32,787 nt of DNA from Cystobasidiomycetes sp. EMM_F5 (lineage: Eukaryota), in NCBI GenBank assembly GCA_051047955.1, contig JBPGPT010000065.1, forward strand, positions 1-32,787, given 5' to 3'. Every line of letters starts with the position of its first letter. Positions within the stretch are counted from its first letter, which is position 1. Below the pieces are notes generated by a model. That model was given only the letters and a program-made list of their open reading frames with translations. It did no database searches and was not told the origin of the DNA. Made by a program: the position numbers and the translations under genes. Shown here one piece after another: positions 9,731 through 22,410 of this stretch.

Positions 9731-10815
9731 ATGAAGACTGCTCTCGTGACTGGCTGCACAGAGGGCGGCATCGGCCATGGTCTGGCCATTGGTTCGGACA
9801 CCCTTGTTGGCGAAGGCAATGAATAAATCAGACTAAACATCTGCCCACAGCGCTTTTAGACAGAGGCTGGAATGTTTATGGCACAGTCAGAAGCCTCGGC
9901 AAAGAAGGCGATCTGGCTTCTCGTGGCGCGAAGATGTTGCAAATGGACGTTACCGATACAAAATCCATGGAGGCGGCCAAGGCAGCGTTCCTCCTATCGT
10001 CAAAGCAGCTACATCTTCTTAGTGAGCCTGCAAGTGCACTCGCGGTCATGCAGCACCAAGCTAATTCTCGTTTGCCAGTCAACAACGCAGGCTCGGGCAG
10101 CAAGGAGGCTTTGCTGGAAGTATCGGAAGAGGAGGTACTGCGCGTAAGTTTACAGATGTACAGCTATCTCTGCACGTAGACTGATGACTTGACTCCATCT
10201 TGTCAGATGTTCCAAACGAACGTCTTTGGGCTGTTGCGTTGTTGCCAAATCTTTGCGCCCCTCCTTCTCCAAGCAGGTTCGGGCACCATCGTCAATGTCG
10301 GCAGTGTTGCAGGGCTGGCCTCGGTGCCTTGGATGGGACTCTACGGAGCAAGCAAAGCAGCCGTACGATCACTGACTACGACCTTGTCATACGAGCTCGG
10401 CCCGCTGGGAGTCAAGGTGGTGCACTTAGCGCCCGCGCTCATCGACACTCCCTTCTCACAGAAGCACGAAAGGCTCAACTATACGGGTCGGATTTACACC
10501 AAAGACTCGATCGAGGCGTCAGAGGAGGCGACCGACAACATGGTGCGAACTGATAACGGTCGCGGAATGCACGTTACACATTTTGCCAGGCAAGTCATTG
10601 CGCTGGTGGACAATCGATCACCTCCAGCGGAAATCATCCTTGGAACTGTGAGGACCCAGGATCTCGACCTGAGTGTTGAGTACTGAGTCAGCCGATAGGA
10701 CTCCTGGATGTTTCGCTGGATATTCCCTTATCTCCCTACATGGGTCTGGCGTTCTATGATAATCCAGAGATGCATACCTTGCGGGCTCAAGGCTTCTAAA
10801 CAGCACTCAGAGTGA
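9731..10815 (+). CDS. Short-chain dehydrogenase/reductase (Ayr1/17beta-HSD-like subgroup)
   Basis: Spliced: MKTALVTGCTEGGIG, VNNAG, GSVAG, YGASK; 4 introns. Confidence 0.9.
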
Positions 10816-10832
10816 CTTGTCGTAAGTAGCTA

Positions 10833-13451
10833 TCATCGCGGTGATTGCGGCCGACTCTGCAGCATTTGAGCCTGAAAGAAGAGCGTAGAGTCTAAGCCAT
10901 CGTTCATACCAAGAGTAGGATAGAGATAGCTTTGTTGCTGTGCGAAGAAGGTGTCGAAATCTGGAAGCGTGGGAAAGTCGGCCGCGAAGAAATCGGTACC
11001 CGTCGTATTGAATATCGAACCTGTATCCAGCATAGCAAACGGGTCGAACGAGTGATCGATAAGTGCTGATGAGGTGTCTTGTTGGTGCTGAGAGGCCACC
11101 AATGCGGTGCTTACTGTCTGCAGCTGGTCCTGAGTTTTCCGCTTTTGCAGCATATCACGCAAATTCTCTAGAGCTGTTTTCGCGGCTGGACGAAAGGAAG
11201 CCATGTCCTCTAAGAGATTGAACACCGTCGTCAGAGCCAGTTCGGCTTCCCTGCTACGCTGAAGCAGAGCCGGACCGGTTGCGATGTTCATGGAAGGCGT
11301 GGTCTCTAGAATGAGTATGGCTGCGGCAGTGACTAAATTATGTTGATGACAATTTAATGTGGAAAGGATACCCTTCTCCGTTGCAGTGGCGATTGCTGAC
11401 ATTAGGCGAACAATTTCCATTGCGCTGTCGAAACACCTTTGTCTAGGTACGGAGATGTTCGGTTGCAAAGGACCGAGATCTGCTCTTTCGATGCCACTAG
11501 CGAATAAGAACGGCCGATTTAGGATAATAATGTGACACTCGTAAACCATCCTCAGTGTCACTTTGTGTGGATTGATTGCTCCCGTGGGATCTGGTAGAAT
11601 AGATGGCAGCTTCGCGATCGCAGATCGGGTCTCGAGCATGTGGACTTCGAGAGCCTCCAGATTCTCTTCGAGCAGAGCTTTACTTTCGCGCCAATACATT
11701 TTGTCCATGGCGCGTAAGTGAACGCCCGCCATCTCCATAGCATGATCAGCTATGATTCGTCGTCAGATGAGCATAATTCACGTTCGCTTTTAATCTGCAT
11801 ACCGAGATAATGAACACCTTGACTGCGATCAGAAGATATAGGCACAAACCGCTTGGCGCGATACGTTGCCCACCAATCCTGAGAGCAGAAGCGTAAGACC
11901 ACGCCAGAAGAGATTTTGCTGACTTACAAAGTCTTCCGCTTCCCAGTAGGCTGGCTTCGGACAAGTGACGACGATGTCGCGGATTGCGCTTGGACGGCCG
12001 ACCAGGGCGCTGAATTCCTTGTCGACCGACCATATGCCCCAAAAAGTTCGCGAACGCAGCCAGCTCTCTTCTGCTGCAAGCACACCGCGCTCCATCAATT
12101 GACGAGGGTCCAGGTGTAAGCCAAGATCTAGCACAAGTCGCCCACACCTGCGTAGCAACACGTCAGGTATTTTCGGCCCATATGCATCGGATTGCCGGCT
12201 CACATAGCTATGTACAGACCGCCTTTGAGCGCGCGACCGTTGTATGCTTCATGCTTAGCCATTAGACAGAGCGCTTGCACTGTTGTTAAAGACGGGTGTT
12301 CCAGCTCGGCGTCTAGCAACGATTTTGCCATCGCAAAGAAAGTAGCTCCCGACGTCGAGGGGTCTGCAGGGTCCGATCGGATACTAGAAGCAGCGTTGCA
12401 TATCGTCAGCTCGTTCGGCAACGTCCATTCGTAACGTTGCCTAACATTGTCCAGTCAGTCAGGTGACTGGCGATTGCCAGCATAGCCTGATGTCAAAATT
12501 GTTGGCCCTATGTGCTACCTCGACATCTATGCACGCACTTACATTCAGAAGAAGCGGCGAACAGCTCCCCTTGCAAAATCTGTCGAGGAAAATCTTGCGG
12601 GACATCACCGGGAAAATGGGATGATGCCAGGTGAAGTACTGCATGATAAGGTGCTCAACAGCACGTATGTCCGTTCCTAGAGGTATCGAGCCGATATTGT
12701 GGGCAGCAGCGACCAGCAACGAACACTCGGTGCTGGCTGGCTGGCTTTGCTGGGCTGGGGCGCACACAAGACCATCCACAGAAGTGGCTTCTCCGACTTC
12801 ATCAAGAGGAACCGGATCTTTGTAGGCAAGTCCGTGGTTGCTCGTTGGACCATACGCTCGTATCCCTTCATTCTCTACTGCCAGTCTGTCGGTGTAGTCA
12901 CGTCAACGCTTTTCAAAGCAGAGCGAGGGCTGTAGTCTATACCGGTCAATAACTCCGCCTAGATTCAGTGCAATCGGCGGAGACGCCGTAGGTCTGCTTG
13001 TTTGTAGAATGTCCGCGATGTCGAGTTCCGCTCCTTCTGCAAGGGGGGGATTCGGTCGTCTCTTCTTTCGGGATTGTAAGCCGTCAGACATTGGCTGTTG
13101 GTCGGTCTTGATCTGTATAACTGTTCCAGCAGCGTCCACTTCCAGCGAAGCAATGATTTCGTCTAAAGCGTGATTGTCAGGAGCGCTTGATTTGAGCTTT
13201 GCAAACACGTCTTCCAAATGAGCAAGCCGAGCCTTCACTTCGACGATGCTCTCCTTCCGTCTGTCCAGCCCTGAGAAGATGCACTCGAGTCCTGTAACAG
13301 CGCACGTCTTGCATTTATTGCCGTCGGCTTCTACAATGCACCGAATGCGCTTCTTCCGACAGCTCTCGCATGCGATGGCCGCGTTTTTGCGCTCTCGCTG
13401 CTTGCCACTTTCTGTCGCACAGATGCTGATGTTGCTCGCTTCCGGTGCCAT
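10833..13451 (-). CDS. Zn(II)2Cys6 fungal transcription factor with middle homology region
   Basis: ACESCRKKRIRC...CKTCAVTGLEC, YGPTS, YFTWHHPIFPV, TTVQALCL, RTFWGIWSVDK...GRP, HIIILNRPF, and an acidic/Phe-rich C-terminal tail. Confidence 0.93.
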
Positions 13452-13757
13452 GCCTCATTGAAGGAAGTGAATCTGCGCAAGGAAGGTGGAACCCGGTTGG
13501 CGCGAAGTCCGGCTCCGCAAAGCCAATTCAAATTAAAGTAGAGATCTGGTCGATTTCGGAATGGAGTAGGCAGAGCAAGACTGGAAGGAGAGGTGTTTCG
13601 AAAGCAGTATGACAACGATGGTCGCGCTCTCATGCAATACATAATAACCGACGAGCCTTTTTATAATGGCTCCTGGAATCCAGCATCCTTTTATACTACG
13701 GATTGACAAAGCCTTTCACCGATGTCTCGTTTTCCTCATCCGCTTTTCCAGTAGCCC

Positions 13758-15969
13758 TCAAGCTTGATATTCGACTTCGTGCTTCTCTGCCGCGTCCACT
13801 GCTCCCCGGCTTTCCATTACATCACCAAACTTCTCCACATGTGCTCTGGGCGAGCGTCGCATTCGCCTATACATCACAGTGTCAGCCTGTTAGAGATATC
13901 CAAAAGCGATCTCTGCGTACACTTTGCCATCCTGGAACAGTAGATCGACTTGTTCCAACGAGAGGCGTGATGGCTCGGGGCAGAAGTAATACAAACCTAC
14001 AGCAATAAGAGCATTAAGAACAGCGAATACGATGCTGAGGAGTAGTCTTGTGCATCAGCTTGCGTCCTTCACTGTTTATGCGCTTCACAGGTTGCTGTCG
14101 AAAAGGACGGACGACCAAACTCACTAATAATATCCACCAATGCGAGCAATGGCGACGGGGGTCACCATTACCACTCCAAAGTTCCAGAGAAATTGAGTGG
14201 CTATGCCTAGCGAGTTGGATCTCTGACGAATAGCCAAAGGTGTGATTTCGGCTCCATAAATCCAGCTCGGCACCAGCCAAAATCCGCTCTGTATGATGTT
14301 GTGACGGAGTGAGCTTGTAGCATACGCGTTGTACATGAAAACACTGACAAAGCTTGCGATGAAGAGAAAAAGTCCTATTGCTGCGCAGTACGAGGCCTTT
14401 TTCTCCAAAACGCCTTGCGCATTGACTTGCGTTAGACCCGCAGCCCTGCACGACGAATCAGCGGTGCTGCTTAGCAGATATTATGAGTCATCGTCTTACA
14501 GCAGAATCATCGCAATGACATTCAGTACGGAACCAATGATCATTGTGCGAACTCGCCCAACGTTATCAACGAAGTAGAAACAGCCAGCAATTGTGAATAT
14601 TAAGCCAACGACGCCAAGATTCTGTGCCATATTTCAGTGAAATAGTACATCATATACGGAGATTGCGCGCTCACTCCGAGAACCAACAAGGCTGTGTCGA
14701 CTTCCAAGCCTATTCCCGAGATGAAGATGGCACCTCCAGGTGACACAGACAACTTCAGCAGGGACAACCAGTAGAGTGAATCATCAAGACTCACCAGCGT
14801 AGTATGTTGCAATATTGATACCTGTGGCTTGCTGAAAAAAGTTGACACCAATGGCACAAAGGGTACGATACCGAAAACATTGTTTGTTGTTCTCGAAGCA
14901 TGCCGTCCATGAGGTGACTGCAACAGAGTGCTCTAAATTGACAGCCTCGACTATATCGCGCAAAGCCTCTGGATTGGTAGGTACAGTGAGCGTTTTGACT
15001 CGAGTTGCAGCAAGATGCTTTCTAACCTTCTGCATACTCGCTCCCGTAAAGTCGCTCAAGGACTCGTCGAGCTTCCTCAGGTTTGCCTTTCTCTGCCAAG
15101 TAGCGCGGACTCTCCGGCGAAAACATAAGGCAAACTAGACTGATGAGTACTAGCATGGCTTGGATGGCCAATGGCTGTTGGAGAAGCTGAGCTACAGCGC
15201 GTCGAAATTTGGAACAGGAGCGTACAATTCTCCAGCCTAAGGCGTCGGTACTCTTGCGGAACGCATATGTGACCCAAAATGCACTCTATAAACGGCCGCG
15301 TAACGATAGATTCAGCTCCTTGCTTGGTCGAAGTGGGCCAAATATACCATTAATCCCGTTGCGGCTGGAACATCCGATAGTCGTTCGATAATCAGCCTGA
15401 TCCACACAGAGACGTTCATGCAGTACCTACCGAGGACTAGCTCTACGGACATTAACGCACCGCGATGTTTGGGACGCGTTAGTTCGGAGATATATGGTGG
15501 GCATGTTGCGGTGAGAATTCCAACGAAAAATCCGTTCAAGAACCGAGAAAAGATGAGCATTCCTAGATTCACACTGCCAGCTTGCAACGCTCCGCCAATG
15601 AGAGTGCCCACCCCGCCAATGATCAACAATATCCGTCGGCCAATCTTGTTTCCAATGAAGGTGTTGAACACGCAGCCAAAAAATGCGCCCAAAACGAAGA
15701 AACTTAGAGTAGCGCCAAGCAGTGTAGCATTTTGCGGACCGATGATTTCAGGAAACTGTGCTTGGAAATCAACGGACTGTGTTAAAGCGTTTGCAATGCC
15801 TTGGTCGTAGCCGAAGAGCAAGAATCCTATGGTGAACGGAGTCTATATACAATCTGTGCTAGGAATAATATTACGACTACCCACCGGCTGAGCATCCCAA
15901 GAGAATAATTGTCAGCAAAGGTGTACCACGGAGGGAGTCCTCGAGAAAGGGGGCCGTGAAAGGTTTCAT
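13758..15969 (-). CDS. MFS sugar-porter family transporter (Stl1-like branch by motif)
   Basis: LFGYDQG, KIGRR, PPYISE...RG, PESARY, FFQQATGINIATYY, SWIYGAEITPLAIR, CPEPSRLSLEQVD; multi-intron. Confidence 0.93.
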
Positions 15970-16051
15970 CTTTAGCTGTGGAACTGAGGAGGTGTATGGA
16001 GGCAAGGATGTCAGAGGGGAATGGAGAACAGCCCCTAAATGTCAACTCCTC

Positions 16052-16097
16052 AGCGGAGAACGGGAAGTGTGGAAATGCGAAAGCGGAGTACGGAAAG
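16052..16097. promoter_or_regulatory. Duplicated AGCGGAGWACGGRAAG element (CGG-N4-CGG), candidate Zn2Cys6 binding sites in a bidirectional promoter
   Basis: Two copies, identical at 14 of 16 positions, at 16052-16067 and 16082-16097 between the divergent MFS and SDR start codons. Confidence 0.55.
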
Positions 16098-16251
16098 ATA
16101 TCCGCTGATCGGCGGAAATGACAGTCCTCGCGGGAAAGCGAGTTCAAGGTCAAGAAACTCCGAAGTCACGTGTGACCCGGGAACAGTCTCCATTGAGGAG
16201 TTCTTTCTGATGATAGGCGGATGCTGGTATTGGTGTATGTAACAGCAATCT

Positions 16252-17163
16252 ATGACTGAAACAACAATGCGTACTGTCATAGTGACGGGAGGGGCGTGAG
16301 TGACGTGAGGAAGACCAGACGATTGTGCTGTATTGACGGACTTGCTATTAGCAATGGAATGGGTTTGGCCAGCTCTAAAAGACTGGCCAGCACCGGTTGG
16401 AATGTCGCTATATGTGATATGAACGAGGCTGCTGGCGAAGTTGCTCTCGCGGAGCTTACGGCCACATACCCGCAGCAAAAGTTCTGGGTGCGTTCACAAT
16501 CGAAACACCAAACCAGTAGCATGGACGGGAGCCTTGACCAAGCCGTCGTTTCTGCAGTTTCAGAAGCTAGACGTTACAAATGCATCTGCAGTTGAAAAAT
16601 GGGTGAATTCTGTCGCTGGCGAAGCGGGTGCTCTGCAAGGGCTTGTGTGTTGTGCAGGCATCGTCATACCGTCCCCACGACTACACGAGACATCTTTGTC
16701 GTCCTTCGCCAAGATCATGGACGTCAATCTGAATGGCACCGTCTACTTCAACGCTGCTTTACTGCGACATTTTGTTGAGCAGAATGCTCGCAAGACGGGC
16801 GAGCAGTACACCATTGTCAACTTTGGAAGCAAAGGATCAGTTGAAGGCCTGCCTGGAGCGGCAGCCTACACCAGCGCAAAGCACGCTGTACTGGGCTTGA
16901 CTCGAGTCATCGCGAAGGACTACGCTTCTGAGAATGTTAGAGTCAACTGCTTGTGCCCCGGATTGATCTGGACGTCAATGATGGAGCAGCTGACAAGCAG
17001 CGGCAAGCCAGAATTAAGCAAGGACGCTCTTCTCAAACAGTGTCATACCAGGAGGTTTGGCACAGTCGAGGAAATGGCGAATATAGTAAATTGGTTGATG
17101 TCAGATCAGTCTAGCTACGTGACCGGCCAGGCCATCGAGGCAGACGGAATGTGGGCAATCTGA
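16252..17163 (+). CDS. Classical short-chain dehydrogenase/reductase
   Basis: Spliced TGGANGMG, CAG, YTSAKH, RVNCLCPG, YVTGQAIEADG; 2 introns. Confidence 0.92.
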
Positions 17164-17427
17164 AACGTTGTATCTGTAGTACCTATCAAATCCGTCACAT
17201 CGGGCACTCGTTCCATATTCGCCATTCCGGCTCGATTTGCGCGAATTGTCGGGTTGCCTCGACCATGAGCGGGTCTTGCGCAGGAAATAGGTTTCCAGTG
17301 GCAGTCCTACGCGGATCCTGCACGGCTTGCGCTATTGTGCTGAACGACATTAAAATCGTGTTGGCATTGTTCTGACCAGCTTCTCATCCTCGATACCGCC
17401 GATCGTTACTTGTCCATTGACGACGAA

Positions 17428-19697
17428 ATGGTCAACGCTAAAGCTCCCGCTCATACCAATGGCAGCACCAATGGCAGCGTCAATGGCAGTCTTAACGGCA
17501 GTGTCGATGGCCAGAAACATCAAGGGCACGGCAAAGAGAGTCTCGCATACCGCATCGACGAAATGCCGTTCGAGTCGGTGAGTTGTGTCGGCACAGAATC
17601 TCAGTCTCCGTTGCTTGCGGCTCATGCGTGTCGTCTCTGCAGCCGCGCCCTATCAAAGTCATCTGTATCGGATCCGGATTCAGTGGTTTATATCTCGCTT
17701 TGAGGATACAACAACGATGTCAAAACGTCGAGCTTGTGATCTACGAGAAGAACGAGGACGTTGGTGGAACCTGGTTCGAAAACCGATATCCTGGCGTCGG
17801 GTGCGACGTACCCGCCCACATCTACTGTTACAGTTTCGAAGGCGATGCCAACTGGTCTGAGGTGTGTCGTTTTCAACAAAATCCTGACCCGGCTGAGAAG
17901 GAACCCTCACTTGAACAGCATTATGCCGGAGGCAGTGAAATTTTGCAATACCTGCGACGATGCGCCGAAAAATTCAGAGCACGTCAGTTCATTCGCTTCC
18001 AGCACAAAGTTACTTCTGCAATCTGGAACCATGAGCGAGCACGATGGAATCTCGAGGTAGAACACGATGGTCAGATACTGCACGACTCGGCAGAGATCCT
18101 CATCAACGCCGGTGGATTCTTAAACGCTTGGAAGTGGCCAGACATCCCAGGCATCGAAAGCTTTGAAGGCAAATTATTGCATACAGCTGCTTGGGATACA
18201 AATTTCGATGCTACTGGAAAGAATATCGCCGTCATAGGGTCTGGCAGCTCTGCATTGCAAGTCACTCCGCAACTGCAGCCAATAGTTAAGCATATGGATG
18301 CATATATTCGCAGCGCTACATACATACCCGAACCTCTGTCTTGGGACTTCCTCGAGCAGGAGCATTGTAAAGAGTAAGCCCCTACATGCAGATGGCATGC
18401 AGTGATCTTCCGCAGCTGAAAATATCCCTGCTTACTGCTCTAGATACAAAGGCGATCGGAAATACTCTGAAACCGACAAGTCGAAATTCGCCAACGACCC
18501 GCAGTACCTGCTGAAATATCGCAAAACTATCGAATCCGGTATGAATGGCGCGTACTCTGCTATGCATGCTGGGACAGCGGGTAACGACGCTATGCGCGAA
18601 GCCGCTATCCGCAATATGAGGAAATGCTTGACGAAGAAGCCCGAAATGCTGGAATGGCTTATACCGAAATGGTGCGATTTCAATCACCAAGAAACTTCAA
18701 GTAAATTGATGTCAGGTCGTTACAGGAGCTTCGGGTGCCGCCGACCTTCGCCTGGTCTGGGATGGTTGGAAGCTATATCCAGCGACAACGTTGACGTAGT
18801 CCGTGACAAGTAGGTTTCTCTGATAGATGTGCGGCAGCCCAATGCTTACAGTGAGCGCGCGCTCCTCTGACAGCATTAGCGCAATCACATCGACTGGAAT
18901 CAAAACCGAAGATGGAAAGGTCCGAGCAGTGGACGCCATTGTCTGTGCCACCGGCTTCGACGTGTCCTGGCGACCTAGATTCACCCTGAAAGGCAAAGAC
19001 GGATTCGAGTTGACTAAAGAATGGGCCGAGGAGCCCCGCAGCTACTGCAGTATTGCCATCGAGCACATGCCGAACTACTTCATCTTTAACGGCCCTTACA
19101 ATTGCGGCGGCAACGGAAATGCTGTGCCGCCCATCGAAGTCGAAGGTGATTACATGATCCAGTGCATTAACAAGATACAACGCCAGAACATCCGGTCGAT
19201 GACGCCGCAATTGGCAGCTATTGAGGACTTGTGTGTAGCTTTACGCAGTGTCCGAGCAAGATCCACTAATATGCCACTCCCTTCAGTGTCGAGCATGCCG
19301 ATGCTTTGATGCCTCGCATGGCATGGGCCGGAACTTGTCGTAACTGGTACCGCACAAAATCTGGCCGTGTCGTCGGTACTTGGCCAAGCAGTAGCTTGGT
19401 ATTCCATTTGCTTATGCAGAAACCTCGGTGAGCGCCTCCGCGTCATCATTCATATTTTCCAGGTTCTGACAATCATTCCAGCTGGGAAGACTACGACTAC
19501 GAATATGTAAAGCGAGCGGATTCGAAAACTAATCGCTTCTCATTTCTTGGCAACGGGACGACCGTGAATCAAGGTATGTTTGATATGATACCGGTGGTAG
19601 CATCGTTGCACACTGTTACTAACGGTCGCTGGTAGCCGACGGAACAGAAGATCTCTCTCCGTATCTGAATAATCCGGCTCCCGCTTTGCTTTCCTAG
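17428..19697 (+). CDS. Type I Baeyer-Villiger / class B flavoprotein monooxygenase
   Basis: IGSGFSG, GGTWFENRYPG, BVMO fingerprint FEGKLLHTAAWD, IGSGSSA, GCRR, CATGFD; multi-intron. Confidence 0.93.
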
Positions 19698-19931
19698 TCA
19701 GAAGCCCTCACATGTGTCGTTAATAATGTTGTCATGCTGGTTTGCGCCGTAGCAGTAGGCATCAATGGGCATAAATAAGTATTGCTTGTCATTACGCGGA
19801 GTCCTGCTACGTGTAAAGGCACTCAAAGAGGAAACGAAATCCCGGTGGCAAAAGCATGCCAGCTGTTGTATTTCTCGTCATTCCAAGACCAACCTTGGCT
19901 CCGTCCATCCCCAAATTCGCTAGACCGGCAC

Positions 19932-21055
19932 ATGTACGACATCAAATCAGAGAGAGAATTGCTGAAGGGCCGCACTATTGTCGTGTACGTATCTCAGGTT
20001 TGAGGTTCGCCCTAGTTCGCTTACATCCTCTAGCAGTACTGGTGCGGCATCGGGCTTAGGGAAATGCACGGCGTATGTCGTTGCGTACAACGGTGCCAAT
20101 GTCGCATTGGTGGACTTGAATGAAGCCCAAGCAAACGAGACAGCAAAACTCATATCGGCGGATTTTCCAGGCTGTAAAATTAGTGTGCACAAATGCAACA
20201 TTACAGAGGAGGAAGCTGTGAAGGAATGTTTTCTACACATTGTCAATGCGCACACTGCCATTCATGGACTAGCGCAAGTTGCAGGGATGTTTGGTCCTGG
20301 AGCCGAAGTGCAGGATACCAGCGTTTCAGCCTTCGAGAAGGAAATGAAGGTGAACGTCATTGGCACATTCCTCATGAACAAGTATGTCGTCAAGCATTTC
20401 CAACAACAACGACTGGAAGGTGCAGAAGAGCCTGCCGGGGGATGGGCGATAGTGTTAGTCTTTGCCGCTTTCGCAAAACGAAACTCACATACCTTGCGCA
20501 GTAATGTTGGATCAAAAGCAAGCACAGCTGGTAATGTGCGCTGCTCTTGTGCAGTGCATAGCGAACCTGTCTTGATACCCCAAATGAACAGAGAGAAGCC
20601 GTTGCGTACACTGCAAGTAAGCATGCCCAGCTAGGGATCAGCCGTGCCGTGGCAGTCGAACAAGCTCGCAATGGCATAAGATGCAATTGTGTTTGTCCTG
20701 GTCCGGTCGATACACCTCTCACAAGGCAGGGCGCAAATGTCCCGCAAGACGCACCGATCTCCGAGCTCAATAAAAGGCTGCTTGACCTTGGAATCTTGGA
20801 CCAGATCCTTTTGCGTAGACTGGGACGTAAGTAGACTCGGGAAATGCAAGCTGCAGCCTTGCAGGCACTGATCTTCGATATCGCCAAAGAACCGGAAGAC
20901 ATTGCCCATCAGATCGCCTACCTACTTGGACCTCGAGCGCAATTTGTCACGAATACTATTTTCGAGGTAGAGTGAGTGCAGTGGTCTTCATACACTGTCC
21001 CAAGCGCATTTCTAAGATTGCATTGCCCTGTACACGCAGTGGTGGATGGATATGA
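19932..21055 (+). CDS. Classical short-chain dehydrogenase/reductase
   Basis: Spliced TGAASGLG, VDL, YTASKHA, IRCNCVCPGPVDTP, EVDGGWI-stop. Confidence 0.9.
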
Positions 21056-22410
21056 GGAGGATAGAGGTTTATGACCGACCAGCATGATGTGCTTGATATT
21101 GATTGCAGCATTGAGGGACGAAGCAGGTTCGCGGGCGACTATATTACATTCTCGGGGCAAGCCGTCTACCGTCATCGACAGTCAATGACGGCTGTCGAAT
21201 GCGATAATTTCCGTGACAATCATTGTCTCCAGCTCTAGCATAGCCATAGTCGCGTCAGATTACACATAGCATGCTAGATTGTTGTTCAGTCAGTTTGAGA
21301 GAATGGACTGGCTTTGCAAAACGGCAAGGCTAGTGTTGAAGCGATCATTACTGTCTGGAGCTTTACACCCTCACCATCGTCTCCCTGTCGACGAGATCGC
21401 TAGCATACCCTGCACGCAGTATCACTGTCGTCGATGAAATATGTCTGCATCGCTCTGGCCCGTCTGGTTCGGAATGGCCTGCCAGATGCCAAATGAACGA
21501 GAGTCTGGTCCCACACCGTCTATAACCCACAAACCTGCAAAACAGGATGGTTCGCTGAGACTTCTCGGACTTCGCTTGGGTCCCTGCAGCGCTCTAGACG
21601 ACGGAGAACCTGCGCAAACGGCCATATCGCATGAGCCATGCGAGTGACCCCTCACACGCGGAATGAAAGATCACGGACGTCGGCACCATTCTGGCTGATA
21701 GCTGTACTGAAAGACACACAGTCAATATCATCGTCAGCATTGCTCCACCGAATACTCCTGCGCCTGTCTACAATGGGGCTTGTTTCTGAAATCTGCTTCG
21801 CGACGAGGTTTACGGGCTCCGCAACAGTCAACGCACATCCATCTGTGTGAGTCAGACGTGCTCAAATACGAGTATACAGCGTACTGACGCCGGTTCATAC
21901 GTCGCTTACTATCGGCTCAGAAAGACATAGGTGCGGACATCGTGTGAGCGCGTTCGACACAGCTCAGCGCAACGTTGTTCGCAAATAATTCGATATAGCA
22001 ATTGCTCATGTCACACAATCAGGAATGCTACCTCTGGACACGCGGAGTCAGACGTTTTTGTCAGCAGTCAAGTTGCCATCCAGACAGGGTCCGAAACAAC
22101 TGGACAGCATTAAAACTGCCATCCAGCCACTGATTTACGGTCCACTTCACAACCTCATGATGAAATTGAGTCAGATATTTGCGGCGGTGACATCCGTCCC
22201 TGCGCAACGCCTGCATCTCACGCAAAAGAGCAAGGTAGGCACTTCACTCAAGCAGGGACATTACGAATTTGTGCGCCTCAAGATGTCTTGCTTGACGTGT
22301 GTTTTGGTATTTATGCCCAGGCTAGAAGTCGAAAATCAAACAAGCAGTCATCATCTAGATGCGCTTTCCCGGAGATTGGGAGCTACTAAGAAACACCAAG
22401 GTCGCTGCAG

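Noticed and set aside
9731..21055. Secondary-metabolite biosynthetic cluster
   Set aside because: No backbone synthase in the window; the transporter is an uptake-type sugar porter rather than a drug-efflux type.
21422..22410. Short ORFs between the cluster and the phosphatase, checked for a lactonase or esterase
   Set aside because: No hydrolase motif and no coherent gene model.
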